64,000 nucleotides of DNA from Longimicrobiales bacterium (GTDB lineage: Bacteria > Gemmatimonadota > Gemmatimonadetes > Longimicrobiales > Gaopeijiaceae): assembly GCA_965238005.1 (NCBI GenBank), contig OZ250165.1:2112001-2176000 (forward strand). Reading direction: 5' to 3'. Made by a program: the position numbers and the translations under genes. How positions within the stretch are numbered: position 1 is the first letter of the stretch; every line of letters starts with the position of its first letter. The notes under the pieces were generated by a model that worked only from the letters and a program-made list of their open reading frames with translations, made no database searches and had not been told where the DNA came from. Positions 51,718 through 63,002 of the stretch are shown one piece after another.

Positions 51718-53988
51718 CTAGGGCTTCAGATGCTCCTGCAAATAGCGGCGAATGGCGTCGAATGCGTAGGTCTGACTTGTTCGATCAGATGACGACGTGC
51801 CCCGGAACTGGTGGCCCACGCCGGGCAGCACAAGTAGGTCGAAGGGTTTGCCTGCACGGATCAGCGCGTCCACCATCCTCATCGTTCCGGAGACGGGCGC
51901 GTCGACGTCGCTGGTGCCGTGGAGGAGAAACAGCTTACCCTTTAAATTCGCCGCGAAATTGAGATTGGAGGCGTAGTCGAATGCCTCCTTACTACCCGTC
52001 AAGACATCGTTCCAAAGTTCCGGGTTATCCTCCGGGTTGTAGGGTGCACCTCCTGCACCTGCCACACCGACGTGGTACACATCCGGCGCAAGTAGCATAG
52101 CGCGGATGGCAAAATAGGCGCCAAACGAGTGGCCCTGTATCCCGACCCGGCTCAGGTCCATGTAGGGCCTCGTTTCAGCCAACTGCTGGAGTGCCGCGAC
52201 ATGGTCAGGGATCTCGTTTCGACCCAGGTTTCCGTAAACGACCTCTTGGAACTCCCTTCCACGCTCGGGGGTTCCGCGAGCGTCCACGATCAAGTGGATA
52301 AACCCCAGCTGCCCCCGTGCCAGGCTTAGACTATTGGGGAAAAAAGAGTGCGGTACGAAAGCAAGTGCCGGGCTGCCATAGATGCGGTCAATGACTGGGT
52401 ATTTCTTCTTCGGGTCAAAATCGTATGGCTTATAGAGCACGCCGTAGAGATCGGTTTCCCCATCGGCGGCTTTGACGACGAACTCCTCCGGCGGGCTCCA
52501 CTTGAGTTCTGTAATCAGAGCGTCGATGTTGGCTCTTGAGACCGTCTGCAGCAATGTGCCATCCGCCCGTTTCAACTCCACCGCCGGTGGCCGGTCGACA
52601 TCGGAGTGGGTATCCAAGAAGAATTCCTTCGACGGCGCAAACTGGATGTCGTGTTGACCGGTGGCTTCGGTCAGTCGCGTCAGCCGGTTCCCTTCTAGAT
52701 CCACTCTGTAGAGGTGGGTGTCGTAGGGCCGCTGCAGGTCGCCGTGAGCGGTGAAGTACACCCAGCCAGCCTTCTCGTCCACCGCCACAACTTGCACCAC
52801 AGGGAAGAGCCCTTCTGTCAACCGCCGGATCAGATTGCCGTCCAAGTCATACAGGTAGAGGTGATACCAACCATCCCGTTCTGACCTCCAGATGAAGCGT
52901 GCTCCGTCTTCGAGGGGCGTAAAAAGTCGCTCCCATTGCAGCCAGAACCCCCACGTTGTTCGGCTTTCGGTGAGAATAATCCGTGTCGAGCCCGTCGAGG
53001 GATTTGCGGCCATGAGGTCCAACTTCGTGGTCCTGCCGTCAAACCTGAGGAAAAGCAGCTCGGAGCCGTCCGGTCGCCACCCCAGGACGTCGAACGGCTG
53101 ATCCGGCTCCGTGCCAGTGTCGACGCGGACAAGTTTTTGCGTGAGAATATCCACGACGAAGAATTCGCTCGGGGGGTAGGGGTCACTGTCGGAGAGTGAC
53201 CAGTGTACCTCCACCCTCGGCTTTAGATAGTCGACAATGGGGTATTTGGGGGCGTTGCGGTAATCCCCTCTCCTCACCACTAACTTCTGGCTGTCCGGTG
53301 ACCACAAGGCCCAGCCTTCCCAGTAGCGACCCCACCCGTAGTCTCGGATGCCATCGGTAGTGAGCTGCACGGCGCGGTCGTCGTCGGTGGAACGCAGCCA
53401 GAGGTTGTAGTCTCTTACGCTGGCGAACCAGCGGTCGTCGGGAGAGAGGATCTCCATGATGTCAATGCTGGGCACGCCTTACGTGGACCAGGAATAGGTC
53501 CCAATTAGCTGTGGGACGAGGCGCCTTCTCTCCCCCTCGGATACGCTAGGGACTCGGCTTATCTGGTAGGTGTCGAGCCGGAGAATAAACTCCTCGTCCT
53601 CGACGGTGAACCTGACGGCTTCCTGGCCCTCGATAAACGTGAGGTCCTCAAACGGCAGGGCTTCGTATGGTGGCTCATGCCCCAGCACGGCGGCGAGCGC
53701 TTGGCGGAGACGCTCAGCGTCAAACAGAGGTGTCTTGGTGTTGGCTCTTGGATCGACCTTCCAGATTATGGTGTTGTCGGGCGCCCCCTCGGCATACCAG
53801 AAGCTGCTGCCGTCGGCCATCCAGTGGGGATCGACCGAGCCGCCTTTGACGTAGGAAGCGAACTCCAGGTACCGGTAGTACATCGCCTCCCGGTCGGACT
53901 TGGGCGTCTCTTGAGCGCGAACCAGAGGTGCCGTGATCGCGTGGGCGAGAAGTAGAATGACAACCGTTGCTCGTATTGGCGTAATCAT
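51718..53988 (-). pseudogene. S9B dipeptidyl-peptidase IV family protein interrupted by an in-frame TAA (53479-53481)
   Basis: The two ORFs share a frame (...SWST*GVPSID...); WSPDS, SERDGWYHLY, GHSFG nucleophile, HGTSD and GH motifs. Confidence 0.85.
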
Positions 53989-54370
53989 GGTGCACCACCT
54001 TCGTGCGGGTGTTTCTCCGAAGTGGACGCCTGCGGCTCAGCTTCGCGCTCGATGGCGTAACGGCCTTCGAGGGCGGCGTTCAAGCGCACAACTGGATCGG
54101 ACACGGGCTGCACTCCGGGATCAGACCGCGTTCAACATCCGAGAGCGAGCCGGTAGGCGCAAGCAGAAGCCCTGTCAGACGCCTGCAAACACGTTCTGAG
54201 CGTGTTCGGGGTTTATTCGGTATCCTGGGTAGGCTGGAGCGTCCTCGTGGCCTAGAGGGCCGTTAACGGCCCCGTCCCATCACCGCCTCATCCAGCTCCT
54301 CCACCCTCACGTGGATCTGCTCCGTCCCCATCCCGTGCAGCTGCACGAAGCTCAGGATCGGACGCGGGGG

Positions 54371-54772
54371 TCACTCGCCGAGGTTGTCCACCTGATCGTC
54401 CACCGTTCGCTGGAGGATCCTCACATACTTGGCGATATCCTCAGGCTTACGACAGTAGGCTAAGACGCCCAGCTTCGAGGCCAAGTCGGCATCGAGGTTC
54501 TGAAACGCGGAGAAGACGACTACAGGGACCTCCTTCAGCACCTCCTGGCCTCGGAGCCACTCGAGGAACTGGTATCCCGACATCTGAGGCAGACTCAGAT
54601 CGACGAGCAACAGATCCGGAACGCCATCTCGCGACAGGTGATCCAGATGCTCAATGGCGGCTTCACCGGCGTCAAACACCCGAACCTCGGTGCCCGGTCC
54701 CCCGACTTCGGCCACCGCCTTCTCCATCAAGAGGGCATCACCCGCGTTGTCCTCGACGATCAATACCAGCAT
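54371..54772 (-). CDS. Single-domain response regulator
   Basis: LIVEDN, PDLLLVDLSLPQMSG, VVVFS and KP motifs. Confidence 0.85.
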   Translation of the reverse strand: MLVLIVEDNAGDALLMEKAVAEVGGPGTEVRVFDAGEAAIEHLDHLSRDGVPDLLLVDLSLPQMSGYQFLEWLRGQEVLKEVPVVVFSAFQNLDADLASKLGVLAYCRKPEDIAKYVRILQRTVDDQVDNLGE

Positions 54773-54850
54773 TGTTCCCTCCGCTAAGAGTCTGCGATCT
54801 TGTATGCTCCACGGTTTGGGCTTACGGGTGGCCGGCCTCACCCATCATCA

Positions 54851-55210
54851 TCATCCGCTGGCAACTGCATTCGCGACGGCCTCGAGGAGCTCTTCGGGGT
54901 CGACCGGTTTGCTGAACGCGGCGAGGACGCCCAGGGCCTGGGCCTGAGCAAGGAGTTCCGTCCCCTTCCCAGAGACGGCGATGATCGCCGCCTCCGGATA
55001 CAGCGCCAGCAGAGACTCGATCAACTCCAGCCCATCGACGTTGGGCATGTGAAGATCGGTGACGACGACGTCGATGTCCTGCTTTCGGTACGTGCTCAAA
55101 GCCTTCTCGCCATCACTGGCGAAGTAGGTCTCGTGACCTGTTCCCTCGAAGATGGAATACAAGAGGAGGTGATCCGCAAAGTCGTCTTCGACGATCAGTA
55201 CTCGTGCCAC
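54851..55210 (-). CDS. Single-domain response regulator
   Basis: LIVEDD, DVVVTDLHMPNVDG, IIAVSG and KP motifs. Confidence 0.88.
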   Translation of the reverse strand: MARVLIVEDDFADHLLLYSIFEGTGHETYFASDGEKALSTYRKQDIDVVVTDLHMPNVDGLELIESLLALYPEAAIIAVSGKGTELLAQAQALGVLAAFSKPVDPEELLEAVANAVASG

Positions 55211-55254
55211 GGTGTAACCTCCGCTCCGTTCGGTCCGTGGCCAGCTTCAGCCAT

Positions 55255-55680
55255 CTACTCGATTACCCACGTGTACTTATCGCCGGAGGTCCACTTCGGC
55301 GTACCTAGCATGTCCAGAAGCGTTAGGCCGAGTTCGCTATCCGAAGTAACTACGGTGACCCCCACCTCGAAGGGGGTGCCTCCCCAATTGTCGAAGTCCA
55401 GAACGTAGTTCTTCTTCGTGAACTCGAACCCGCCGGGAAGGTAGGCGGCGAGCCCAGGTGGGATGACACCCGAGGCTACCTCAGAGGGCCAGTCGTTTTC
55501 CTCGTTCTGATACGCGTATGCGGCGACCCGAACGACCTCCATGTCGCCTAGGGCCGACGCCGCCCGGGCCTTCACGATGACTTGGGAGATCCTGGGTTGA
55601 GCGATGGCCGCCAGGATGCTGACGATCAGGACCACGACGGTCAGCTCCACCAGGGAGAACCCTCTGCGATCGCTCGTCAT
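55255..55680 (-). CDS. Type IV pilin / prepilin-type protein
   Basis: RRG|FSLVEL prepilin cleavage/methylation motif followed by a hydrophobic helix. Confidence 0.88.
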   Translation of the reverse strand: MTSDRRGFSLVELTVVVLIVSILAAIAQPRISQVIVKARAASALGDMEVVRVAAYAYQNEENDWPSEVASGVIPPGLAAYLPGGFEFTKKNYVLDFDNWGGTPFEVGVTVVTSDSELGLTLLDMLGTPKWTSGDKYTWVIE

Positions 55681-56183
55681 GATGTCCGCCCTCCGGAAAC
55701 CATCTCCTTGGCGTTGGCCAGGAGGTCTTCCACGGGCTGGGTGGATACGTACTCGACCGTCACGCCCCCGACCTCACCATGGAGCCGGAACGTGGAGCCG
55801 ACGAGTGGGAAGTAGCTCACCCCCTCCGCTACGTCGCCGGTGTCCTCGAGCGTGGCCGGCAGCCGCCCGTGGTCAGTCATGTACTGCTGAATACGAGTGA
55901 ACTGCAAGTACATCTCGATCCTGAGGCCTGCTTCTTGAAGCGCTACCGGCACTTCCGGAGGGGGGACCGGTTGAAGGACCTCCGGTGGGAAAACCCAGAG
56001 CCAAAAAGATATGATCGCCAGAATGGGAGCTACCACAGGATGCATCCTACGGTGGGATCGGCGCGTGGGCGCGTCCGCCTGACGCTGAGCATGGTGCGCA
56101 ACATCCTCCAAGACCTCCTTCAGGGTGTCCCGGTACTCGTCGCTGCCCTTTCCCTCGCCGTTCTCCACTCGTCCGCCCTTCAC
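55677..56183 (-). CDS. Hypothetical membrane protein coupled to the pilin
   Basis: One TM segment; GRLPATLE motif; 4-bp overlap with the pilin gene. Confidence 0.65.
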   Translation of the reverse strand: MKGGRVENGEGKGSDEYRDTLKEVLEDVAHHAQRQADAPTRRSHRRMHPVVAPILAIISFWLWVFPPEVLQPVPPPEVPVALQEAGLRIEMYLQFTRIQQYMTDHGRLPATLEDTGDVAEGVSYFPLVGSTFRLHGEVGGVTVEYVSTQPVEDLLANAKEMVSGGRTS

Positions 56184-56279
56184 TGGTGTTCCTCGGCAGG
56201 AGAAGTACCTGCTCCTGATTCTATCGCTGGCTCCAGATCAGGAGCAAGTGAATCCCTGCCCTTCTCGCGGTTGGGGGCT

Positions 56280-56864
56280 TCAGGTATCCTCTTCCACGCC
56301 TTCCTTGCGTTCTCTAAGCCGCTTCAGATACTTGGGCTCGCCGAACGGGTGAGGTGGGAGTATCGGAAGATCGTCGCCGAACACCACCTCACCCTCCAAT
56401 GGGCCAGGCTTTTCACCACCGCTTTCGACCAGGGCCGCCACCAGGGCCGGAAGTACCTGGCACGCGAACGCGGCCTTCGCTTTGATCTCTCGGACGAACT
56501 ACTCCCGTCTCCCGACCAGATCTTGTCGGTTGGCTGAGTACCAAATATTGCCCTCTTGGACATCCCTCAGCTGTGCTTGAAAGTCGGCAAGTGCCTTAAC
56601 AGTCTTCACGTCGAATATGTGGACCTCTGCCACAAGAGCAGTCAGCGCCGGATGACGGAGGTCGTCGTATGCGCTCGGTCCCTTCTCCACAATCTCCCGC
56701 AGGATGCCGTCCAGCCATCGGAGTTCCGCCAATGCCGCGGTCGAAAGGAGCTGACGTCGGGCCGTCGACTCAATCTTCACCCCGACTCGGGAGAGAATGA
56801 ATCCCAGTCCGGCACCTAACAGCAGAATGAGGATGTCGCGAAACTCAATAAGGAGTTCAACCAT
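56280..56864 (-). pseudogene. Hypothetical membrane-anchored protein with an internal in-frame TAG (56499-56501)
   Basis: The frame stays open 72 codons past the TAG (FVREIKAK...EEDT*) and ends inside the junction motif. Confidence 0.55.
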
Positions 56865-56922
56865 CAGGTCCTCGAGCGGTTGCCGGCTTCAGACATCCGG
56901 GGCACCATAGTCACGGGCACCG

Positions 56923-58029
56923 TCAGGCGCTCACGTCCACGAGCGCCTCGCCCAGGACGTCGGGGCGGGGCTCCACGCCGAGGCCCGGCGACTCGGACGC
57001 TCTCATGCGGCCGTCCTGGCGCTGGGGCGCACCGTCTGCCGTGCTCACCGTGACGTAGCTGTTGAAGTCCGTGGCGGTGAACAAGAACTCCGGTAAGGTG
57101 CTGTGGGCCAGATGGGCGATGGCGGCCGTCGTGACGTCGCCACCCCAGGAGTCCTCCAGGGTCATGGCGATCCCCATGGACGTGCACAGGTCCCTGGCCT
57201 GCCTGGCCTTCGTGAGGCCACCGAACTTGCTGATCTTGATGTTGACCACGTCCATGGCCAGGTCGGCATGACCCCGCAGGAGGGCTTCCATCCCGTCGAT
57301 GCTCTCGTCCAGCACGAAGGGGTGGTCGGTACGCCGCCTGATGGAGAGACACTCCTCGTAGCTCAGGCAGGGCTGCTCAATGTAGACATCCACGTCACGG
57401 ACGCCCCGCACCACCCTGGCGGCGGCGTGGGGCAGCCAGCCGGTGTTGGCGTCGGCGATGAGGACGTCGCCCCGCTCGAGCACTGCGGCGACGGCCCGGA
57501 TCCGCTCGATGTCCTCCTCGGGGTCCGCGCCGACCTTCAGCTGGAATCTGCGGTACCCCTCGTCCCGGTACCCGGCCACGCGACCCGCCATGGCCTCGGG
57601 GCTCTCCTGGGAGATGGCCCTGTAGAGCACGAAGTCCTCTCCGTAGCGGCCACCCAGGAGCACGCACGCGGGCTGTCCCGCGACCTTCCCCAGGATGTCC
57701 CAGCACGCCATGTCCACGGGTGACTTCACGTAGGGATGGCCCTTCAGGGCCGCATCCATGGAGTGATTCAGCTTCCCGAGTTCCGTGGGATCCATGCCCA
57801 TGAGGTGGGGCCCCAACTCCTTCAGCCCGGCCCGCACTCCGCCGGCGTAGGCCGGGAGGTAGAAGGCGCCCAGAGGGCACACCTCGCCCCACCCCACCAG
57901 GCCCTCGTCGGTCTCCAGCCTGACGATCGTGCTGTCGAACACGGAGACGGACTTGCCCCCGGACCAGTTGTAGCTGCCCTCGTGGAGGGGCAGGTCGACC
58001 CGATAGGCGGAGAGCCGGGTGATCTTCAT
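56923..58029 (-). CDS. Enolase-superfamily (mandelate racemase/MLE) enzyme, cis-3-hydroxy-L-proline dehydratase-like
   Basis: [40 protein letters not shown] and EDSWG motifs. Confidence 0.85.
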   Translation of the reverse strand: MKITRLSAYRVDLPLHEGSYNWSGGKSVSVFDSTIVRLETDEGLVGWGEVCPLGAFYLPAYAGGVRAGLKELGPHLMGMDPTELGKLNHSMDAALKGHPYVKSPVDMACWDILGKVAGQPACVLLGGRYGEDFVLYRAISQESPEAMAGRVAGYRDEGYRRFQLKVGADPEEDIERIRAVAAVLERGDVLIADANTGWLPHAAARVVRGVRDVDVYIEQPCLSYEECLSIRRRTDHPFVLDESIDGMEALLRGHADLAMDVVNIKISKFGGLTKARQARDLCTSMGIAMTLEDSWGGDVTTAAIAHLAHSTLPEFLFTATDFNSYVTVSTADGAPQRQDGRMRASESPGLGVEPRPDVLGEALVDVSA

Positions 58030-58033
58030 CGCA

Positions 58034-58282
58034 TCAGAGGTCCGGGGCTCTCGGCTCATCGATGGTCTGGAGCGCTTCGCCAACCGTCTCCCTCCACCCC
58101 TCAAGACGGGCCTCTAGAGGCGGTGTCACGAGGGCTGAGAAGAGCTCTGCCGCCGCCCCACCTACAAGAGGAATGCTGGATAGCCCGGCACGCGTCACCG
58201 CGTGTGCATGATCACCACCCGAGGTCTCTGGCGGCGTCAGTTCCTCATCGGTTCGTTCTTGGTCCGGCAACATGACCTCCAT
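58034..58282 (-). pseudogene. N-terminal fragment of a hypothetical protein
   Basis: AGLSSIPLVGGAAAELF...PLEARLEGW segment that runs into the next gene. Confidence 0.45.
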
Positions 58283-58521
58283 CGCCCAGCACACAGCCGC
58301 CTTGAGCCATCCTGGTGCCGCGTTTCTTCCAAGTAGCGTGCGACCGGGCGCCCGGCGAGGCGTCACACTTCCGCCACCGGGAGGGGGGCGGCTGGTGACT
58401 TGCTAAAGTTGCTACCTTCCACCTGCTGCTGATTCTACTGCTGGCTCTGGACTAGGAGCAAGCGAATCCCCTGCCTGGTGAACGCGCCGTGACGACCTCG
58501 CCGGCGGCCCGATGAGAACGA

Positions 58522-58943
58522 TCATTCGGGCAGCGTGATTGTCGGAGCCTGCTCGCCCCTGGCGTAGCGCGTCACGTCAATGGCGTCGATGATCAGCGAG
58601 AGGGTGTTCATCAGCATCACCGCTACCAGCCAGGCCCGAAAGCCACCGTCCGCCGGCGCGTCCGCGTAGCGCATCCACAGCCATGGCACCAACGGCACCA
58701 GAATATGTGGCCCAACCCCAGCAGGCGCATGAATCCTTTGGCCTTGAAGATGGCCTCCATCACGATGATCGCCCCAAACAAAGCAGCCACCACGAGCTTG
58801 CCCTCCAGCGAGCCGAAGTAATACAGCCCGCCGGCCAGATTGACGAGGATGAGCACGGCCAGCCAGGCCATCCAGGGCTTGGGCATGTGCAGCATGGTCC
58901 GCATCATAGACCTCTCCCAAGCTGTCGCGAGCATCGCTTTCAT
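58522..58943 (-). pseudogene. Membrane protein with a -1 frameshift near 58699
   Basis: ...GFMRLLGLGHIFW continues as VPLVPWLW...SLIIDAIDV in another frame. Confidence 0.65.
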
Positions 58944-60234
58944 GGCGGTGTCTCCTGTGAAACGCGTTTCGGGAGTGACTTGACCTAAGACCGGGCGACT
59001 CGCGCCACAGGGTGCCCAGGCTCTTCACGGAGTCCGGGGTCTTTTTTTGTCCAAATCTTGTCCAAAACGGTGACCGCGCAGTGCTGATCGACGAGGTCAA
59101 CCACGAACTCGACGAAGCTCAAATCAGAAGCCCGCCTCTCATGCGCTTCCTGGCGGGCTCCCGTGGAGGGATCGGCGGATGTAATGCCCATGACCCCGGT
59201 AATCATCGGGCCGATCTCATCGAACCGCTTTTCCATGAATGCCAGGACAATCCGCGATAGGACGCGAGCTGGGTACCAATCTCTTTCTCGCCTGTTGTAT
59301 TTCCGTCGATCCTCCTCCGCTGGATGCTCTTCGTGACTTTTGGGGCTCATTTCTGCAACATCTCCGATAGAACGGGACTTGAATTGCTCAGGTGATGTGC
59401 TCTCGGTGTAGTGGCCGTGGCAACGGTCGAAGAGGTACAGAGTGAATTACAACCACGGACAAAAGAGCGATCACGAGCATCGTTAGTAGGGCTTGCCAGC
59501 GTTTCATTATCTGCCCCTCGTTTCCTTGTACTGCTTCCACGCATAAGCCCACGCGCCTATGAGCAGGATTCCGACAACGGCCAAGGTCATTTGTCCTCTG
59601 GGTGGAGAGCACGACGGGCACAGCAACTCTTGGCGCAGCCTTGTCCTTCAGAGAAACCGCAGGCGTTGCAGATTAACCACCCGTCTCCCCTGCCAACCCT
59701 GCGCCATCGTGTCTCAAGTAATGCAGTTGTCAGCCTCGCGTTCTCGGCCTCGAGCCTCGTGCGACTTGCTTCGCCGCAACCAATGCAGACAGGTTGCGCT
59801 GAGTCCCGGCGGTGGCTGTAGACGACCACCTGCCAGATGTTGTACTCAGAGGTTAGTGCGCCTGATCTCGAAAACCTTACAGATCACTGCCGCACCGTCT
59901 CACTCCAGAACGGCATCGGCAACTCCCGAGGCTCATCCGTCTCCACTTCGAACTCGTCATGAGCGTGCATCATTTTGAGGAACCAATCGTGCGCTTCACG
60001 GGCGGTGTGGATGCCATAGGATGGGGAGAGCCTGAATGACACACATGTGGGCTCCATGCTGCTATCGGGATACTCGCAGCGGACTGTCAGGCGAGGGGTG
60101 CGAGTCTGCGGCTGAACTGAGCCGAAGCCGGATGCACTCATGCACGAAAGCTATGCCTGACGATGAGGTCGGGGGATGGCTGGATGGGACTACTGCGAGG
60201 CCGCTAGTTATCCAGTTTGCCGACGATCACCACG

Positions 60235-60471
60235 CTAATGTGGTAACCGCACGCGACGTGCACGACGATATCGATTCCTTCGTTTGGGTCCTTCTGCCGT
60301 TCCGATCACAAACGCGGCGAGTTCACCCCAACGGACGGGAGACGGCTTCAATTCTTCGAGAATCTCGTCGGCAGTCGGGCCTCTGAACAGCCCCTTGTGC
60401 CCCTTCTTCGTCTCGTGGTATGCCGCCACAGCACGACGGACGACAGGTTGCTCATCGGGCGTCAAGTCCAT
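60235..60471 (-). CDS. Small hypothetical protein between two ~120-bp repeats
   Basis: ORF exactly fills the interval between repeat copies; no recognisable motif. Confidence 0.4.
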   Translation of the reverse strand: MDLTPDEQPVVRRAVAAYHETKKGHKGLFRGPTADEILEELKPSPVRWGELAAFVIGTAEGPKRRNRYRRARRVRLPH

Positions 60472-60910
60472 GACCGTAAATCTAACGGTACTCCCCCCTG
60501 CCGATGCTGACAGCGACCAGAGTCGAACTCACGGCCTCATGTTTCAGCAGCATGAAGAGTGCGAGTCTGCGGTTGAATCGAGCCAAACCCGAAGGATGCT
60601 ATGCCCCATGCGCTCAAGCTATGGGTGATGCTGAGGTTGGGCGATGGCTAGATGGCACTGATGTGAGGCCGCTAGAAGATATGAAAGGGCTGGCCCAGCC
60701 TGATACTCCTGGCGGTGGTCGTGCTCGTCGCGAAGGATCTCGATCGGGATTGCCCTCGGGGAACGAGCTCGGAGCCTACGGTTCTACTCTGCGTCCATTC
60801 GCGGCCACTCTCCCTCGGTGCGCCCGTCCTCACGAATCCCTCTCTGCCAACTTACGTGAGACACGGAACGCCTAAAGAATTAGAGTAGGGCGAAGGCAGA
60901 GAAACCGAGG

Positions 60911-61360
60911 ATGCTGAGAGACCGAGAGAGAATGAAAGAGAATGGAATAGCCCCACTAACATGGCAGGGTAAGCGAAGCGCGGCAGCCGTCCCGGACCCG
61001 GAGGTCGTGGATAAGCCGCTCCGCCGCCGGTTCGCTCCGTCGTACAAGCTGCGGATCGTCGAAGAGGCGGACCGGTGCACGGAGTCCGGAGAGATCGGCC
61101 GACTTCTACGGCGCGAAGGCTTGTACTCGTCGCACCTGACGACATGGCGCAAGGCGGCGCATAGCGGGTCCCTGAAAGCGCTGTCGAAGAAACGAGGCCG
61201 TAAGCGCGAACGGAATCCTCTGGAGGAGAAGGTGCGCAAGTTGGAGCGCGAGAACACTCGCCTCGAGAAGGAGCTCCAGAAGGCGCACCTGATCATCGAC
61301 GTCCAGGGAAAAGTTGCAGGGCTGCTGGGATTGAGCCTCGAGGACGGAACGCACTCATGA
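60911..61360 (+). CDS. IS3-family transposase OrfA
   Basis: RRRFAPSYKLRI and LLRREGLYSSHLTTWR motifs followed by a coiled coil. Confidence 0.85.
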   Translation: MLRDRERMKENGIAPLTWQGKRSAAAVPDPEVVDKPLRRRFAPSYKLRIVEEADRCTESGEIGRLLRREGLYSSHLTTWRKAAHSGSLKALSKKRGRKRERNPLEEKVRKLERENTRLEKELQKAHLIIDVQGKVAGLLGLSLEDGTHS

Positions 61361-62365
61361 AGGCGACCCAGGAGCTGGCCAAGCATGTAGGGGTGAAGCC
61401 CGCGTGTACTGCGCTCAGGGTCTCCCGAGCCACGTTCTACCGTCGTCGGAGTCCAACGACCGGGCATCAGCAGCCCCGCCCGACCCCCGCCCGGGCCTTG
61501 AGCGAGAAGGAACGAGACAGGGTGTTCGACACGCTGTGTTCGGACCGGTTCGTGGACCGCGCCCCGGCCGAGGTCGTGGCGACGCTGCTCGACGAGGACG
61601 TTCTACCTGAGCAGCGAGCGTACGATGTATCGCGTTCTGGACTCGCGTGAGGCGGTTCAGGAGCGCCGAGCGCAGCGGAGTCATCCCGAATACAAGAAAC
61701 CCGAGCTGATGGCGACGGGCCCGAACCAGGTCTGGTCCTGGGATATCACCCGGCTGCTGGGGCCGAAGAAGTGGAGCTACTTCTACCTCTACGTCATCCT
61801 GGACATCTTCAGCCGCTACGTGCCGGGATGGATGGTGGCGGATCGGGAGAACTCCGCCCTGGCCGGCCGGCTGATCCAGCAGAGTTGCCTGAAGCATGGC
61901 GTCCAGCCCCAGGTCCTGACCCTGCACTCCGATCGAGGGGCTCCGATGACGAGCCAATGCACGGCTCAGCTACTCGCCGATCTCGGCGTGACCCGCTCGT
62001 TGAGCCGACCCCAGGTCTCGGATGACAATCCGTTCTCCGAGACTCAGTTCAAGACCTTGAAGTACCATCCCTCCTTTCCCGGGCGGTTCGGGGATCAGAA
62101 TCAGGCCAAGACCTTCTGTCGCTCGTTCTTCCCTTGGTACAATACCGAGCACCGCCATGGCGGCATCTCGATGCTGACGCCCGAACAGGTCCACTTCGGT
62201 CTCGCCGATCAGGTCATCGCCCGCAGGAAGGCAGTGCTCCGCGAGGCATGGGCCGCTCATCCTGACCGCTTCGTCTCCGGTGAGCCGAAGCCTAAACCAC
62301 TCCCGGAGGCCGTCTGGATCAATCCTCCAAGCCCCACCCTCACTACACAGGAGATTGCTCTCTAA
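61357..62365 (+). pseudogene. IS3-family transposase OrfB (DDE) with a +1 frameshift near 61602
   Basis: PNQVWSWDIT, LHSDRG and DNPFSE motifs; LLDEDV/YLSSERTMYR is broken by an extra base. Confidence 0.82.
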
Positions 62366-62780
62366 TTGTTTCCCCCAAGTGTCTCATCGGGGTTGACAGG
62401 CTCCGAATCGCAGCTGCTATCTGTGCTGGCAACTCGTCCAGTGAGTCGAAGGTCCGTTTGTGTTGATCCACATGGGATAGGTGGTCGATGAACCACTTGG
62501 CCTCTCCTCCACCGTCCTCGTCGAGCTGCCAACTGATGCTCTGGATCTCGCCGCTCATGGGGGCCTCCGGGAGATGTGCAGACTGGAAGACTGGAGGTTA
62601 CGGAGGCCCGGCACTCGCCCGCAAGGAGAGGATGCGGTTAGCGAGAATGGACCCTCTTCTCGGCGCTGTCTGGGGGCACCTAACAGTTGTGAGCGGGACC
62701 GAACAACGAAGAGAGCTCGTTCGGGCCGTGCCAGATGCGGCGGGCGAAGTACCCCCTGCCCTTTCTCGCAGTGGCCGGCT

Positions 62781-63002
62781 TCAGGCATCTCCTCCCAGCT
62801 CTCTCTGCGCCTTATCCAACAGCAACTCGAGCTCCTCGTCGGTGAGGTCGTCTAGCTCGGCTTGGCGGTCCAGCAGCACGGTACGCCGTTCGGGGCCACG
62901 AGTGAAGAAGAGAAGGGACGTGCCAGGGTCCACTCCGAGTCCACACCGCAACCACCACAGCTTCCCGTCCCTTGGGTCCGTCCAGTGTCTAGTGCGTGCC
63001 AT
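62781..63002 (-). CDS. Small 'WTDPRDGK' family protein (copy 4)
   Basis: MARTRHWTDPRDGKLW...LDDLTDEELELLLDKA. Confidence 0.72.
   Translation of the reverse strand: MARTRHWTDPRDGKLWWLRCGLGVDPGTSLLFFTRGPERRTVLLDRQAELDDLTDEELELLLDKAQRELGGDA

Larger units (their letters stand above)
60845..62398 (+). mobile_element. IS3-family insertion sequence
   Basis: Imperfect TG...CA IRs (TGCCAACTTACGTGAGACAC and GTGTCTCATCGGGGTTGACA); orfA/orfB layout. Confidence 0.85.

Noticed and set aside
53479..53481. Recoding of the stop in the DPP IV gene
   Set aside because: The codon is TAA, not UGA or UAG, and it is not at a catalytic position; a nonsense mutation is simpler.
58355..58376. CACTTCCGCCA resembling a tRNA-Sec 3' end
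   Set aside because: No T-arm (GTTCRA) or cloverleaf upstream; too short to support.
51484..60675. CRISPR array interpretation of the repeats
   Set aside because: Repeats are long, degenerate and irregularly spaced, with gene-sized intervals; no cas genes are present.
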